Source: a virus (taxonomy: Duplodnaviria; Caudoviricetes). From it: a stretch of 35,827 nucleotides of DNA. The position numbers were made by a program, and so were the translations under genes. Within the stretch, counting starts at the first letter, position 1. Each line of letters starts with the position of its first letter. Below the pieces are notes generated by a model, which made no database searches, had not been told where the DNA came from, and saw only the letters and a program-made list of their open reading frames with translations. The stretch lies in IMG/VR virus record IMGVR_UViG_3300030376_005739, positions 1 through 35,827 of that record; one strand, 5' to 3'. This document shows positions 35,020-35,827 of the stretch, one piece after another.

Positions 35020-35249
35020 TGGGCGCCGCTGCATGCGGACGTTTCAAAGGCGGGCGTGTTCCTTTAGCGCCCTGTTTACGGGGTTTTACCGCGGCCAGGG
35101 TGGTCTAAAATAGTTCTGCTGCGTTTTCCTACACTTAGCCTTTTTGGCGCCCTGCTACCGTCGCTTTTTTCTAGGTGCTGAAACTCCGGACCCTTAGGGA
35201 AGCGGGGCGCCCCCCCTCTAACCCTTTTCCGGGCGCTAGGAGACACCCC

Positions 35250-35486
35250 ATGAACAAGGCAGCCATGAACATGAACTTCCACAAGGCGAACAAGCAAATA
35301 ACCGAGGCTATCGAGGCGCTCAATATTGCCCGTGGGCTCACGCAAGCCGCTCAGCTTATCGACGGCGACAACAAAGAGGCGCTACAGACCGCAGCGGACA
35401 ACCTCGAAAATGCAACTCGCAATCTTTACGCCGCCGCCTCGCTTGCCGGCTCACTCTCTTGCGCCGTCGAACTCAAACTAAACTAA
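35250..35486 (+). CDS. Early hypothetical helical protein
   Basis: ATG 35250 after AGGAGACAC; 78 aa, Ala-rich. Confidence 0.75.
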   Translation: MNKAAMNMNFHKANKQITEAIEALNIARGLTQAAQLIDGDNKEALQTAADNLENATRNLYAAASLAGSLSCAVELKLN

Positions 35487-35510
35487 CCCCCACCCCCTAG
35501 GAGACACCCA

Positions 35511-35827
35511 ATGAATGCACGAACCGCAACCGCTCAAGGCTTAGCCGTCATCACCGAAGCTGAGCTTATGCCGCCCCGCCCCTATCACACCCTTGTAGAG
35601 CTTCAGCCCGCTTTGGGCACGTGGGTCATTTGCTTTGGTGACTACGAGCGTGAGGTGGTCGATGACGAGCGCGCTGAGTACGTCGACGCCGCCCTGTGCG
35701 AGTGCGACTATCAGCGCAGCCGCTCAGCCATTGGCAAAGAGTACAAAATCATTCGCACGGCTACCGACGACCAGCCCGCTATCAGCGCAGCCATTCAGGC
35801 GCTCAACTCCAAAACCAAGCCGGCGGC
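35511..35827 (+). CDS. Early hypothetical protein, truncated by the window end
   Basis: ATG after AGGAGACAC; MNARTATAQG...YHTLVE...WVICFGDYEREVV..., open to the last base. Confidence 0.75.
   Translation, partial: MNARTATAQGLAVITEAELMPPRPYHTLVELQPALGTWVICFGDYEREVVDDERAEYVDAALCECDYQRSRSAIGKEYKIIRTATDDQPAISAAIQALNSKTKPA

Larger units (their letters stand above)
33990..35240. other. Non-coding control region between the divergent arms (promoters, possible packaging site or origin)
   Basis: No convincing ORF; G/C homopolymer runs, direct and inverted repeats. Confidence 0.65.

Noticed and set aside
34067-35113. ORFs in the control region
   Set aside because: Low-complexity translations that overlap each other, without RBS or coupling.
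1-35827. Alternative genetic code, tRNA genes, integrase
   Set aside because: Genes are intact and densely packed under the standard code; no cloverleaf or recombinase motif was noticed by eye.

Overview
This window is most, possibly nearly all, of a tailed dsDNA bacteriophage genome with podovirus-like architecture: no tape measure, tail sheath or tail tube is recognisable, and there is a large ejection-protein cassette. Two arms converge at about 6.9-7.0 kb. The + strand early/replication arm (1-6886, and 35250 to the end) encodes a PAPS-reductase-family protein, a Mor-like regulator, a PD-(D/E)XK exonuclease, an annealing protein, SSB, RusA and a DnaC-like ATPase. The - strand late operon (33985 down to 7005) is tightly coupled and encodes TerL, scaffold, major capsid, portal, adaptor, tail hub, ejection proteins, an M15 endolysin, a LamG protein, holin-like genes and very basic small proteins. 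A 1.2-kb repeat-rich non-coding region (about 34.0-35.2 kb) separates the divergent starts of the arms. The top lead is a canonical -1 slippery heptamer (C CCT TTG) at the end of a holin-like gene. A shift there would fuse the holin to a start-less ORF of four amphipathic beta-strands ending in an outer-membrane-type signal, a candidate frameshift-made lysis/spanin protein. Other leads are an identical C-terminal GDGLE on TerL and on an unannotated membrane peptide upstream of the portal, a fixed-spacing AGGAGACAC-N3-ATG motif, and three coupled protamine-like genes. All family calls come from motif recognition by eye; no searches were run.
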